A stretch of 64,000 nt of DNA, taken from the NCBI GenBank assembly GCA_965232515.1, contig CBDDPY010000002.1:3168001-3232000 (forward strand). Direction: 5' to 3'. The notes under the pieces were generated by a model. The model was not told the origin of the DNA. It worked only from the letters and a program-made list of their open reading frames with translations, and made no database searches. Position numbers and translations under genes: made by a program. Source of the DNA: Alphaproteobacteria bacterium. Lineage in GTDB: Bacteria; Pseudomonadota; Alphaproteobacteria; GCA-2731375. Shown in pieces: positions 49,324 to 59,057 of the stretch; positions within the stretch are counted from its first letter, which is position 1; the number at the start of each line of letters is the position of its first letter.

Positions 49324-50487
49324 TTACTCCAGGGTCTGAAACAGCCGGATCATCAGCGCCGTGCGTTCGACCAGCGACGAGTACAAGATGTGCTCGTCGT
49401 GGCTGTGGGCGCCATAGCCGTCGGCGCCGAGGCCGTCGAGCGTCGGGATGCCGAGCGCGCCGGTGAAGTTGCCGTCGCTGCCGCCGCCGGTGATCTTGCA
49501 GTCCTCGAGCTCGAAGCCGATCTCGTCGGCGAGCGCCTTGGCATGATTGAACAGGGCGGCGATTTCCGGCGACTTGATATAGGGCGGCCGGTTCATGCCG
49601 CCGGTGATCGTCACCTCGACGTCCGGGTCGAAGCTCGTGAAGCCAAGAACCTTGGCGCACATCGCCTCGGCCACCTCCGGGTTCGGCAGCCGCATATCGA
49701 CCTCGGCCGTGCATTCCGACGGCACGACGTTCATCATCGTGCCGCCCTCGACGCGGCCGACATTGGCGGTGATGCCGGTGTCGTAGTCGGTCAGTTCCTC
49801 GATGCGCAGGATCTGGCGCGCCATCTCGCGGATGGCGCTGCGGCCGTCCTGATGGCTGGCGCCGGCATGCGACGGCCGGCCCTTCACGTGGATCCAGAAC
49901 TGGGCGACGCCCTTGCGGCAGGTGACGACCTTGCCGCCCTCGCGCGCCGGCTCGGTGACCAGCACGTATTTGTTCTTGCGCGCTTCCGCCTCGATCATCT
50001 CACGCGAGACCGGACTGCCGACTTCTTCTTCGGGGATGTAGAGAAAGGTGATCGGCAGCGGCGTCTCCTCGCCGTTCCGCACCAGGTGCCGGTAAGCGTG
50101 CTGGGCGATGTAGGCGCCTGCCTTCATGTCGTAGATACCGGGACCGTAGACCTTGTCGCCTTCGCGGCGGACTTTCAATGTCTCGTCGATGATGCCGATG
50201 GCGTGCACGGTGTCGATATGGCTCAGCACCAGGATGCCCGGTCCTTCCCCGCCCCACGGCGTCCGCACCTTCAGGATATCGCCGTAACCGTCGCGCCCCG
50301 GCACGCGTTCGATCCGCGCACCAAGCTGCCGGGCGCCGTGCTCGACGTGATCGGCCATGCGATTGACGGCGGCCGCGTCGAACGACGGCGACTCGATCTC
50401 GACCCAGCCGAGAATGCCCTGCAGGATCTCCTCGGCATCAAGGCTCGGCAGGTTCGAGCCAGCAGCGACGGACTGGTCATTCGGCAT
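49324..50487 (-). CDS. M20 metallopeptidase (carboxypeptidase G2-like)
   Basis: SHIDTV, GPGIYDMK, PEEEVGS, SHAG, GGGSDGNF, GAHS. Confidence 0.92.
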   Translation of the reverse strand: MPNDQSVAAGSNLPSLDAEEILQGILGWVEIESPSFDAAAVNRMADHVEHGARQLGARIERVPGRDGYGDILKVRTPWGGEGPGILVLSHIDTVHAIGIIDETLKVRREGDKVYGPGIYDMKAGAYIAQHAYRHLVRNGEETPLPITFLYIPEEEVGSPVSREMIEAEARKNKYVLVTEPAREGGKVVTCRKGVAQFWIHVKGRPSHAGASHQDGRSAIREMARQILRIEELTDYDTGITANVGRVEGGTMMNVVPSECTAEVDMRLPNPEVAEAMCAKVLGFTSFDPDVEVTITGGMNRPPYIKSPEIAALFNHAKALADEIGFELEDCKITGGGSDGNFTGALGIPTLDGLGADGYGAHSHDEHILYSSLVERTALMIRLFQTLE

Positions 50488-50586
50488 GACGGATACGACT
50501 CCCCAACTGGTGATTGCACGGGTCCCCGGCGAACGTTAGCCGGATCGCGCCGACAGCAAAACCCCGCATCGTCCAGCGAGGGGTCG

Positions 50587-53500
50587 TCAGTCCAGATCGT
50601 CGAGCAGCGCCTTGGCGTCGGTCAGGTCGGCCGTCTCGAAGCCTTCGCCAAACCAGCCGTAGAGCGGCGCCAGCAGGTCCCGGGCCTTCCGGCGCTCGTC
50701 ATTCCGGCGCCAGAGCCGCGCGAGGCTGGTCGCGGCACGCAGTTCCAGGGATCTCGCCTGCTGGGCACGAGAAACCTCCAGGGCCGACTGGAACATGGCT
50801 TCGGCGTCCTGGCTTTGACCAGCATCGTACGCCAGCACGACATCACCATGCATTCTCAGGACATCCGCCTCCCAGGTGCGCTCGCCGGATTTCTCGACCA
50901 TGCCGACGGCACGCTCGACGGTCTCGCGCGCAATCTCGAGCTCGCCGGCGGCCACATAGGCCATCGCCAGCAAGGCGTTGTCCCGGGGCCGGTCCCGGTG
51001 CAAGCCCGCGGCCTGCCAGGCGGCCATGCCGTCGTGCATCCGGGCAAGGCCGGCTTCGAGCTCACCGGACGCCACCCGGTTCCATCCCTCCGCGATGATG
51101 CACCGGGCCGCCAAGCGATGCAGGCCGGATTCCGCGCACAAGTCGAGTGTCCGCCGCAGATGCTCCAAGGCCAGCGGCGCCTCGCGGCGGCACTGGTGCA
51201 GCCGCGCGAGATGCCAGTGCGCCAGCGCCAGGCTGGGCTGGTGTCCAAGCCGGTTCGCCAGGCCAACTGTCCGGCGCGCCATCTCCAGCGCCTGATCCGG
51301 CTGACCGAGCAGCCACTGACAGAGCGCGACCGTGGCATGGCCGCAAACACCGGGGTCATGGCCGCCATAGGTAAAGGTCTGGGCGTGATCGCGCTCGGGA
51401 TCGTAAATCGCGATGCCATCGCGGGCATGCGCCAAGGCCGAGTCCAGCTCGCCGGCATAGATCGCCGTGGTCCATGCGGCGTGGTGCGCCTGCAACGGAA
51501 ACTCGGTTCCGGTCTGGGTTTCGGCAATGGCCAACACATCGGCGGCGATTTGCCGGGCGGCCGTCGGCTTGGGGCGAAACTGCTCGTTCAGCCATGCGCC
51601 CCAGGCCGCGGCGAACCTGTCGGCCGGGCTGTCGATCGCCTGCGCCAACTCGCGGGCGCGCAGATAGGCTTGCTCGGCCGAGGCCACGCCCCAACCGCCC
51701 GTCATCGCCAGGATGGGACCGTAGGTCAGTAGAATGCCCAGCTCCAGCCGGTCGCGGTCCGTCGATTCCGGCAGGTTAGGAACAACCGCCAGCGCCTTCT
51801 CGAAATAATCGACGGCTTCGAGATGCGCCGAGCGCTCGACGGCTTTCGTCGCCGCACGCTGGAGGTAGGCCACGGCCTCGGACCACAATTCGCCGGCAAA
51901 CGCGTGCCGCGCCAGGCTCTCCGCCCAATCGTCGAGCTGATCGCGGTGCTGCGCCTCAATCACGCGGAACAGGTCGACATGCAACGCCCTGCGACGGCCC
52001 AGCAGCAGGCTGTCATAGGCGACCTCGTGCACCAGCGCATGCTTGAACGTGAATTCAGCGTCGGGCGGCAGCCGGGTCTGGTAGAGGATCTCCGCCGACT
52101 GCAGATCGGCCAACGTGGCATCGAATGTCGGCGCATCGAGCCCGGCGATTGGCCGCAGGAAAGCGACGGCCACGTCTTTGCCGATAACGGATGCGGTTTG
52201 CAGCAGGCTTTTGCTGGCGGGCGGCAATCGGTCCAGGCGCGCCGCGAGCACGGCCTGCACCGACGACGGCATCTCCAGATCGTCAATCGGCTTGCGCAAG
52301 CGGAACCGGCCACGGTCGCGCGCCAGCACGCCCGACTCCTGCAGATTGCGGACGGTCTCCTCGAGGAACAACGGCGTACCGTCAGTGCGCTCGACAATCA
52401 GCCGCCGCAACGGATCAAGCGCCGGATCGTCGCCCAGCAGGGCGCGGAGCATGAGATCGGCCGTCTCCGCCTGCATCGGATCGGCGCGGATCAGGCGGAA
52501 ATAGCTCTTGCCGGCCCAGTCGTGCCGATATTCCGGCCGATAGGTGACCAGCAGGAAAAGCGGCGCGCCCCCAAGTGCATCGACGAGACCGTCGAGCAGC
52601 GCCTGCGTCTCGTCGTTCAGCCAGTGCAGGTCCTCGACGACCAGGATCAGGGGGCGTGCCAGGCTGATCCGAACGAACAATTGCCGGATGGCGTCGCGGG
52701 TGCGCTGGTGGCGTTCCTCGGCGCTCAGCCGCTGCCAATCGCCGCTGTCATCATCCACAGGCAGATCGAGCAGCGCCTGCAATGGTGGAAGAATGGCGTT
52801 CAAAGCCGGATCGAGCGCGTCGATCTTCTCCTTCAGCTTCGCCGCGATCCGCGACGCGGCGATGCGCTTGCCAACACCGATCCAAGCGCCGACCAAGTCG
52901 CAGAGCAGGCAGGTCGGCGTATTCTGCTCATGCGCGGCCATCGCCGACGCGAGCACCGTCCATTCCTGGGTGCGGGGCGATTTCAGGAATTCGTGCACCA
53001 GCCGCGATTTGCCCATGCCGGGTCCGCCGACGATCGCGATCACCTCGCCCTGTCCGGCCGCCGCGCGTTCGAGCGCGCGTTCCAGTTTCGCCAGCTCGGC
53101 CTCGCGGCCGATGAAGCGGGTCAGGCCGCGCGTGGTCTGCGCCTCCCAGCGCGTCCGCGCCGCCGTGCTGCCGGTCAGCTCGAACAATCCGCTGTCCGAG
53201 CCCAACGGCCGGACCGTGACAAACCCTTCGGCCTGGCGATGGGTCTCGGCGGTCAAGCCGATGCGCCCCGGCGCCACCTGCTGCTCCACACGATAGGCCC
53301 GATGCACGGTCGGACCGCTGGCGTCGTAACGCCGGGACAGCGCCTCGCCCACATAACCGGCCACGACCTCGCCCGAATGCAGACCGACACGGATGGCGAG
53401 GTCGGCATCCGACAGTTCTTGCATCGCCTCCTGCATCGCCAGTGCCGCGTGGCAGGCGCGGACGGCGTGATCCTCGTGCGCCAGTGGCGCACCGAACAAG

Positions 53501-55731
53501 GCCATGATGCCGTCGCCGTGCACGTCGCACACCGTGCCTTCGAACCGGTTGACCGCGGCGGTCATGACCCGCAACGCCGGCGCCAGCCGCTCCACCGCGG
53601 ACTCCGGATCGAGGCCGTCGATCAGCGCGCCGGATCCCTTGATGTCGGCGAACATCACCGTGACGCGCTTGCGTTCGCCTTCCATCGGCGCCGGCCGCAG
53701 CGACGGCGAAGGGCTCGCCGGCAGCGCCTCGGCGTCCGGCCCGGACGGCGCCTGCGCCGCATCGAGCAAACCGACCTGGCGCAACCCATCCAGCAGACGT
53801 TGGTTGGCCGCGTCGTCCCGATAGATCCGCCACTCGACGCGCTTCTCGATGAAGTCAGGCTGAATCCGTCGACAGGCATCGGCCGCCACGCGGGCCGCGT
53901 CCGGCTCGTCGAGCAGGCCATGGCAGATGGCGAGCAGGAAATGCGCATAGGGATCGCCAGGCGTTCGGCCGATCACGTCGAGCAGCAGGTCGTGCGCTTC
54001 TTCGTATTGGCGCGCGTTCAGATACGCCCGGGCCAGGCTGCAAAGGTACATCTGGCCGCGCGGGTTGCGGGGATTGGATTGCACCGCGTCCTCGAGCAGC
54101 GCGATGCCTTCCTCGTGCTGGCCGGCGATGTCGAGCTGGTTGCCGAGCGAGAAGCGCGCATGCGTGTTGCAGGGACAGAGCGCCAGCGCCTTGCGCATCT
54201 CGGCGATCGCCATCTCCTGCTGACCGGCCCAGACGTAGCAACTGCCGAGCGCCACATGCGCATAGGGCGATTCATGGTCGAGCGCAACGGCGCGATGGGC
54301 CGAGCTGAAAGCGTCGGCCAACGATCGCGCCCGCTCGTCGCTGCGTTCGAACAAGAGATCGCGGAGATGGGCCATGGCCAGCCCGGCATGAGCTTCGCTG
54401 AAGTCGGGTTCCTGGGCAATGGCGCGCACGAACATGGCGCGGGCACGGTCGGTACCCGCCGCATTGGCCTCGTTCAGGTTAGCGACGCCGCGGACGTAGC
54501 AGTCCCAGGCCGACAGATCCGTGGCCGCCCGTGCGACAGACCGGCGAAACTCGGCCTGCTCGACCGCCGGCGCGACGGACGAGACGATGCGGGCGGCGAT
54601 CTCGTCAACGATCTCAACACCGTCGTCGGCCAGGCGGTCGAAACGCGCCGTCCACACCTGATAACCGGAGATGGCGTCGATCAGCTTGACGTTGAAGCGC
54701 AGCAGATTGTCCACGCGGCGCAATCCGCCGGAGACCACATAGCGGGCGCCGACTTGCCGGGCCAGTTCGCGCGGATCAACGGATTTGTGATCCTGAGTCA
54801 GGATCGCCTCGTGGCCGACGACGGGGAACGTACGCCACGATGCCAGCGCGGCGATCAGCTCGTCGGTCAAGCCGGCGACCAGCCTTTGTGCGTCGCCTTC
54901 GCCGTCCTGGCAGTCGAACGGACGCACCGCGACGATCGGCCGGTCCGGACTTGCCGCCGACGGTTCAACTGTCCTGATGGGCCGTGCCGCCGACGTTGCA
55001 TCCGCGCGGGACGTTCGCCAGGCCGCCTCCAATTCACCCGACAGCGGCGCCTTCAGCTCTCCGAGCGCCTGCAGGCCGGCACGATATTGTTGCTCGGCCT
55101 CGGCACGACGGTCGGCGGCGATCAACAGCTCGACCAACCCGGCGCGGCTGGCCTCGTCGAACGGGTCGAGCTCGACAAGCTGCCGTGCATAAGGCAGGGC
55201 GTCCATCGGCGTATCGGTCAGCCGCCGCACCAGCTCGGCGAGAAGATCGGCGCGCTGGGTCCGCAGATCCTCGCGCTCGGCCACGCACCAGGCCTGGAAA
55301 CCGGGACAGGCGGGCAGATCAAGTCCCTCGAGAAATTCGCCGCTGAAGGCGTCGACCAGTGCCGCAAGATCCGCCGTCGGTATGTCCGCGATGCCGTTCG
55401 CCAGCGCCCGGCGGATCTGCAGCACGTCGACCGCCGCGTCGCCAGGCTCAAACGCCACGTTTGTTCGGTCGGCGACGATCCGGGGCCGGTCGGCCTCGTC
55501 GACCAGCGGGCGAAGCTTGCTGAGGCTCCAACGCAAGGCGGCGCGGGGGTCGTCCGGGATATCCCAGAGCAAGTCGCACAGACTGTCCCGCCGGTGCGGC
55601 CGGCCGGTCAACGTCAGATAGGCGAGCAGCGCCAGCGTTTTCTTGGACGGCGGCAAATCCTGCCGCTCGCCGCCGCGCGTTACCGCGAGCGGCCCCAGAA
55701 ACCGCAGCTCCAGAGGTGTCGTGCCGGACAT
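50587..55731 (-). CDS. Giant multidomain regulator: wHTH-BTAD + TolB-like + TPR + class III cyclase-like + STAND AAA ATPase + TPR
   Basis: LRFLGPL...LLAYL...LLW...LRWSLSKLR; BTAD LDPFDE; IVAVRPF...GLTDELI; TPRs; ERKRVTVMFADIKGS/GDGIMALFG; FIGREAEL, GGPGMGKS, LILVVEDLHW; C-terminal SLELRAATSLARLW...FGEGFET.DL. GGGAGA RBS before ATG 55731. Confidence 0.88.
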   Translation of the reverse strand: MSGTTPLELRFLGPLAVTRGGERQDLPPSKKTLALLAYLTLTGRPHRRDSLCDLLWDIPDDPRAALRWSLSKLRPLVDEADRPRIVADRTNVAFEPGDAAVDVLQIRRALANGIADIPTADLAALVDAFSGEFLEGLDLPACPGFQAWCVAEREDLRTQRADLLAELVRRLTDTPMDALPYARQLVELDPFDEASRAGLVELLIAADRRAEAEQQYRAGLQALGELKAPLSGELEAAWRTSRADATSAARPIRTVEPSAASPDRPIVAVRPFDCQDGEGDAQRLVAGLTDELIAALASWRTFPVVGHEAILTQDHKSVDPRELARQVGARYVVSGGLRRVDNLLRFNVKLIDAISGYQVWTARFDRLADDGVEIVDEIAARIVSSVAPAVEQAEFRRSVARAATDLSAWDCYVRGVANLNEANAAGTDRARAMFVRAIAQEPDFSEAHAGLAMAHLRDLLFERSDERARSLADAFSSAHRAVALDHESPYAHVALGSCYVWAGQQEMAIAEMRKALALCPCNTHARFSLGNQLDIAGQHEEGIALLEDAVQSNPRNPRGQMYLCSLARAYLNARQYEEAHDLLLDVIGRTPGDPYAHFLLAICHGLLDEPDAARVAADACRRIQPDFIEKRVEWRIYRDDAANQRLLDGLRQVGLLDAAQAPSGPDAEALPASPSPSLRPAPMEGERKRVTVMFADIKGSGALIDGLDPESAVERLAPALRVMTAAVNRFEGTVCDVHGDGIMALFGAPLAHEDHAVRACHAALAMQEAMQELSDADLAIRVGLHSGEVVAGYVGEALSRRYDASGPTVHRAYRVEQQVAPGRIGLTAETHRQAEGFVTVRPLGSDSGLFELTGSTAARTRWEAQTTRGLTRFIGREAELAKLERALERAAAGQGEVIAIVGGPGMGKSRLVHEFLKSPRTQEWTVLASAMAAHEQNTPTCLLCDLVGAWIGVGKRIAASRIAAKLKEKIDALDPALNAILPPLQALLDLPVDDDSGDWQRLSAEERHQRTRDAIRQLFVRISLARPLILVVEDLHWLNDETQALLDGLVDALGGAPLFLLVTYRPEYRHDWAGKSYFRLIRADPMQAETADLMLRALLGDDPALDPLRRLIVERTDGTPLFLEETVRNLQESGVLARDRGRFRLRKPIDDLEMPSSVQAVLAARLDRLPPASKSLLQTASVIGKDVAVAFLRPIAGLDAPTFDATLADLQSAEILYQTRLPPDAEFTFKHALVHEVAYDSLLLGRRRALHVDLFRVIEAQHRDQLDDWAESLARHAFAGELWSEAVAYLQRAATKAVERSAHLEAVDYFEKALAVVPNLPESTDRDRLELGILLTYGPILAMTGGWGVASAEQAYLRARELAQAIDSPADRFAAAWGAWLNEQFRPKPTAARQIAADVLAIAETQTGTEFPLQAHHAAWTTAIYAGELDSALAHARDGIAIYDPERDHAQTFTYGGHDPGVCGHATVALCQWLLGQPDQALEMARRTVGLANRLGHQPSLALAHWHLARLHQCRREAPLALEHLRRTLDLCAESGLHRLAARCIIAEGWNRVASGELEAGLARMHDGMAAWQAAGLHRDRPRDNALLAMAYVAAGELEIARETVERAVGMVEKSGERTWEADVLRMHGDVVLAYDAGQSQDAEAMFQSALEVSRAQQARSLELRAATSLARLWRRNDERRKARDLLAPLYGWFGEGFETADLTDAKALLDDLD

Positions 55732-55827
55732 GTCTCCCTGCTCACACGCCGAAATGGCCATTGCTGCAGCCCCAGATAACCCGCGGCTGTGACCATTTTC
55801 ACTGATTTAGACGAGTTCGGGGCCGAA

Positions 55828-55869
55828 TCCACGCAAATTCAACGCAGCGACCAACGCTGTCTCCAACGG
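55828..55869. promoter_or_regulatory. Four heptamer direct repeats at 11-12 bp spacing (SARP/wHTH-type site)
   Basis: TCCACGC 55828, TCAACGC 55839, CCAACGC 55851, CCAACGG 55863. Confidence 0.6.
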
Positions 55870-55943
55870 CGAACACGCATTTACCGGCGGCACGCGGTCA
55901 GCAACCGACCGCCAACCCACGAAATGCCAATGGGAGACAGCAG

Positions 55944-56603
55944 ATGACAGTGCAAATCGGCGATACCGCGCCGGATTTTCAGGCCGAGACGACCGAGGGT
56001 CATATTAGCTTTCACGACTGGATGGGCGACGGCTGGGCCATCCTGTTCTCGCATCCGAAGGACTTTACGCCCGTCTGCACCACCGAGCTCGGCTACATGG
56101 CGAAGCTCCAGCCCGAGTTCGAGAAGCGCAACGTCAAAATCATCGGCCTGAGCGTCGATTCGGTCGAGGACCACCGGGACTGGTCGCTTGACATCGAAGA
56201 AACGCAGGGCCGGGCGCCGAACTATCCGATGATCGGCGACCCCGACCTGAAGGTCGCGAAGCTCTACGGAATGATCCACCCGAACGCCACCGGCGGCGCC
56301 AAGGGGCGCACGGCGGCCGACAACGCCACCGTCCGCAACGTTCTGGTCATCGGTCCGGACAAGAAGGTCAAGCTGATCATCACCTATCCGATGAGCACGG
56401 GCCGCAACTTCGACGAGGTGCTGCGGGTGGTCGACTCGCTGCAGCTCACCGCCAACCACCAGGTGGCGACGCCGGTGAACTGGCGTCAGGGCGACGACGT
56501 GATCATCGTGCCGGCCCTCTCGGACGACGAAGCGAAGAAGAGGTTTCCGGACGGCTGGCAGGCGCCCAAGCCCTACCTGCGCATCGTGCCGCAGCCGGCC
56601 TAG
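55944..56603 (+). CDS. 1-Cys peroxiredoxin (Prx6 family)
   Basis: FSHPKDFTPVCTTE, YPMSTGRNFDE, ATPVNW, PYLR. Confidence 0.95.
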   Translation: MTVQIGDTAPDFQAETTEGHISFHDWMGDGWAILFSHPKDFTPVCTTELGYMAKLQPEFEKRNVKIIGLSVDSVEDHRDWSLDIEETQGRAPNYPMIGDPDLKVAKLYGMIHPNATGGAKGRTAADNATVRNVLVIGPDKKVKLIITYPMSTGRNFDEVLRVVDSLQLTANHQVATPVNWRQGDDVIIVPALSDDEAKKRFPDGWQAPKPYLRIVPQPA

Positions 56604-56655
56604 ACGCCTCTCCGACCGGGCGTCGGCCTCAAGCTCCAACCAAAGGACAAATAAG

Positions 56656-57534
56656 ATGACGTATGTAATCAAGAGACTGCTGGCACCCGCCATGGTGCTG
56701 CTCCTCGGCGCGGCCTGCACGCATGCGGCCAATGCCGACTATGCCAACCCACAGCTGCTGACCTCGACCGAGCAGCTCGACCGGATGCTGGACCAGCCCG
56801 GCGTGCGCGTCGTCGACGTGCGGCCGAAGGCTGATTTCGACAAGGGCCATATCGAGGGCGCGGTGCATCTGGGCGCCGACGACATCATCGATCCGAACAG
56901 TCACATCGAAGGCGACCTGCTGCCGCACGACGAGATCGTCGGAATGCTGGAAGCCCGCGGCATCGACCGGAACACGCCGGTCGTGTTCTACGACGACAAG
57001 GGCGGCTTTCACGCCGCGCGGCTGTTCTGGATGCTGGAGTATTTCGGTCACCGCAAGGCCAGCGTCCTGAACGGCGGCTTCCCCAAATGGCAGAAGGAAG
57101 GCCGTCCGGTCAGCACCAAGCCGACCCGATACCAGCGGACGGAATTCACCCTGACGGCAATTCCGCGCCGGATGGCGTCGGCCGATTGGCTGCTGGACCG
57201 CAGCGGTAACAGCAATGTTGTGGTCATCGACGTGCGGCCGACCAAGGCGTATGACGCCGGCCACATTCCCTGGGCCCGCAATATTCCCTGGAAGCAGAAC
57301 CTTGCCGCCGACGGCACGCTGAAGCCGGCCGACGTTCTGCTGGCGCACTTCGAGAGCCAGGGCGTGACCAAGGACAAGAACGTCGCCGTGCACTGCCAGG
57401 TCGGCAAGGCCGCGGCGCATTCCTATCTCGCCCTGCGGCTGCTCGGCTATCCGCGGATCCGGAGCTACGACCGCTCGTGGGCCGAGTGGGGCAACGCCGA
57501 CGATCTGCCCAGGGCCGAGAAGAGCAAGAGCTAA
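56656..57534 (+). CDS. Exported tandem-domain rhodanese/sulfurtransferase
   Basis: Signal peptide, GHIEGA and GHIPWA, AARLFW.L, active-site HCQVG, YDRSWAEW. Confidence 0.9.
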   Translation: MTYVIKRLLAPAMVLLLGAACTHAANADYANPQLLTSTEQLDRMLDQPGVRVVDVRPKADFDKGHIEGAVHLGADDIIDPNSHIEGDLLPHDEIVGMLEARGIDRNTPVVFYDDKGGFHAARLFWMLEYFGHRKASVLNGGFPKWQKEGRPVSTKPTRYQRTEFTLTAIPRRMASADWLLDRSGNSNVVVIDVRPTKAYDAGHIPWARNIPWKQNLAADGTLKPADVLLAHFESQGVTKDKNVAVHCQVGKAAAHSYLALRLLGYPRIRSYDRSWAEWGNADDLPRAEKSKS

Positions 57535-57629
57535 TCAGATCGGCTGACATTGCGGCCAGCCGGGGCGCGGATCCGCGCGTCCCGGCGACCGCCGCGTTAA
57601 TCCATTTCATTCATGAACGAGACAGACCT

Positions 57630-58766
57630 ATGATTTTCCGACAGCTCTTCGACAGCGTTTCCTGCACCTACACCTATCTGATCGCCAGCCGGCGCGGCGG
57701 CGAAGCGCTGCTCATCGATCCCGTCCTGGACAAGGTCGACCGCTATCTCAAGCTGCTGGACGATCTGGAGCTGAAGCTCGTCAAGGCGGTCGATACGCAT
57801 CTGCATGCCGACCACATCACCGGCCTCGGCGCGCTGCGCGACCGCACCCGCTGCATCACCGTGATGGGCGTTGAGACAGCCGCCGACCTGGTGGCGCTGC
57901 GGCTCGCCGACGGCGACGTGATCGACCTCGACGGCCTGCGCCTCGTGGCCATTCACACGCCGGGTCACACGGACGATTCCTATTCCTTCCTGCTGGGCGA
58001 CCGGGTGTTCACCGGCGACACGCTGTTCATCCGCGGCACCGGCCGCACGGACTTTCAGAACGGCGATCCGGCGGCGCAATACGACTCGCTGTTCAACCGC
58101 TTGCTGTGCCTGCCGGACGAGACGCTGGTCTTTCCGGGCCACGACTATAACGGCCAGACCGTCAGCACCATCGGCGAGGAAAAGGCCTGCAATCCGCGCC
58201 TGCAGGTCGGATCGGTCGACGAATACGTCGCGCTGATGAATGGCTTGAACCTGCCGAACCCGAAAATGATAGACGTGGCCGTGCCGGCGAACCTGCAGAT
58301 CGGCCTGGCCCAGGCCGAGATCGACGCTCGCGGCTGGGCGCTGCGGTTCGAGCAGGCCCGCGACCTGCTGGACCGGCCGGATATTGCCTTCATCGATTTA
58401 CGCGAGCGGTCCGAGCGTGCCCGGCATGGCGGCATCCCCGGCGCCTTGCACGTCCCCTACGGGCGGCTGAACGAGAACCTGGCGGACGGCGGTTTGCTGC
58501 GGGAGCTGGCGACGACCGGCGGCAAGCGGCTGGTGTTCTTCTGTGCCTACGGCGAGCGCTCGGCGATGGCGGTCGAGACCGCGCAGGCCGCCGGGCTCGC
58601 CAAGAGCAGCCACCTGAAGGGCGGCATCGACGCCTGGAAGAAGGCCGGCGGGCCCTTCGATCTGCATGTGCCTCGCGTGCGGCCCGAAAACGATCCGATC
58701 CCCGGCTGCGGCGGCTGGGATATCGAAGACGAACCGGTCGTGCGCCGTCCGGCGAATGCGGCCTGA
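57630..58766 (+). CDS. Persulfide dioxygenase (ETHE1-like MBL fold)-rhodanese fusion
   Basis: MIFRQLFD..SCTYTY, DTHLHADHITG, TPGHT, GTGRTDFQ, PGHDY, NPRL, VPAN; C-terminal rhodanese FFCAYGERS. Confidence 0.9.
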   Translation: MIFRQLFDSVSCTYTYLIASRRGGEALLIDPVLDKVDRYLKLLDDLELKLVKAVDTHLHADHITGLGALRDRTRCITVMGVETAADLVALRLADGDVIDLDGLRLVAIHTPGHTDDSYSFLLGDRVFTGDTLFIRGTGRTDFQNGDPAAQYDSLFNRLLCLPDETLVFPGHDYNGQTVSTIGEEKACNPRLQVGSVDEYVALMNGLNLPNPKMIDVAVPANLQIGLAQAEIDARGWALRFEQARDLLDRPDIAFIDLRERSERARHGGIPGALHVPYGRLNENLADGGLLRELATTGGKRLVFFCAYGERSAMAVETAQAAGLAKSSHLKGGIDAWKKAGGPFDLHVPRVRPENDPIPGCGGWDIEDEPVVRRPANAA

Positions 58767-58781
58767 CGGGGGAGATCGGCG

Positions 58782-59036
58782 ATGCTGAAGACGCTCTTCA
58801 CCGCGCATCCGGCCTCGGTCAACGAGACCTATCTCCAGCACATGGCCATGGCCGCGAGTTTCGCGCTGCGCCTGCTGGCCGGCGGCTTCGCGGTCGCCGT
58901 CCATGCCGTGCTGCCGTTCCTGTTCCAAAGCACGGGCCGCCGGATCGTCGCCGAATTGCACGGGCGCATGGTGACACATCGCGTCGTCCGCCCCGCGCCA
59001 ATTCACGCGGATGGCCCGTCCGTCGTGTCCCGGTAA
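58782..59036 (+). CDS. Small protein, DUF6356-like
   Basis: FTAHPASVNETYLQHM..A...HAVLPFLF..TG motif. Confidence 0.75.
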   Translation: MLKTLFTAHPASVNETYLQHMAMAASFALRLLAGGFAVAVHAVLPFLFQSTGRRIVAELHGRMVTHRVVRPAPIHADGPSVVSR

Positions 59037-59057
59037 GCGTTCCCAACGGAGAAACAC

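Noticed and set aside
50587-55731. Anti-phage Avs/NLR-like defence system
   Set aside because: The STAND domain is of the cyclase-associated regulatory type with a DNA-binding N-terminus; no nuclease, TIR or SIR2 effector and no defence-island context.
51823-55779. 1318-aa plus-strand ORF (also 49036-51732, 898 aa)
   Set aside because: Antisense shadows of the STAND regulator and M20 peptidase; no motifs, and such ORFs are expected from high GC3.
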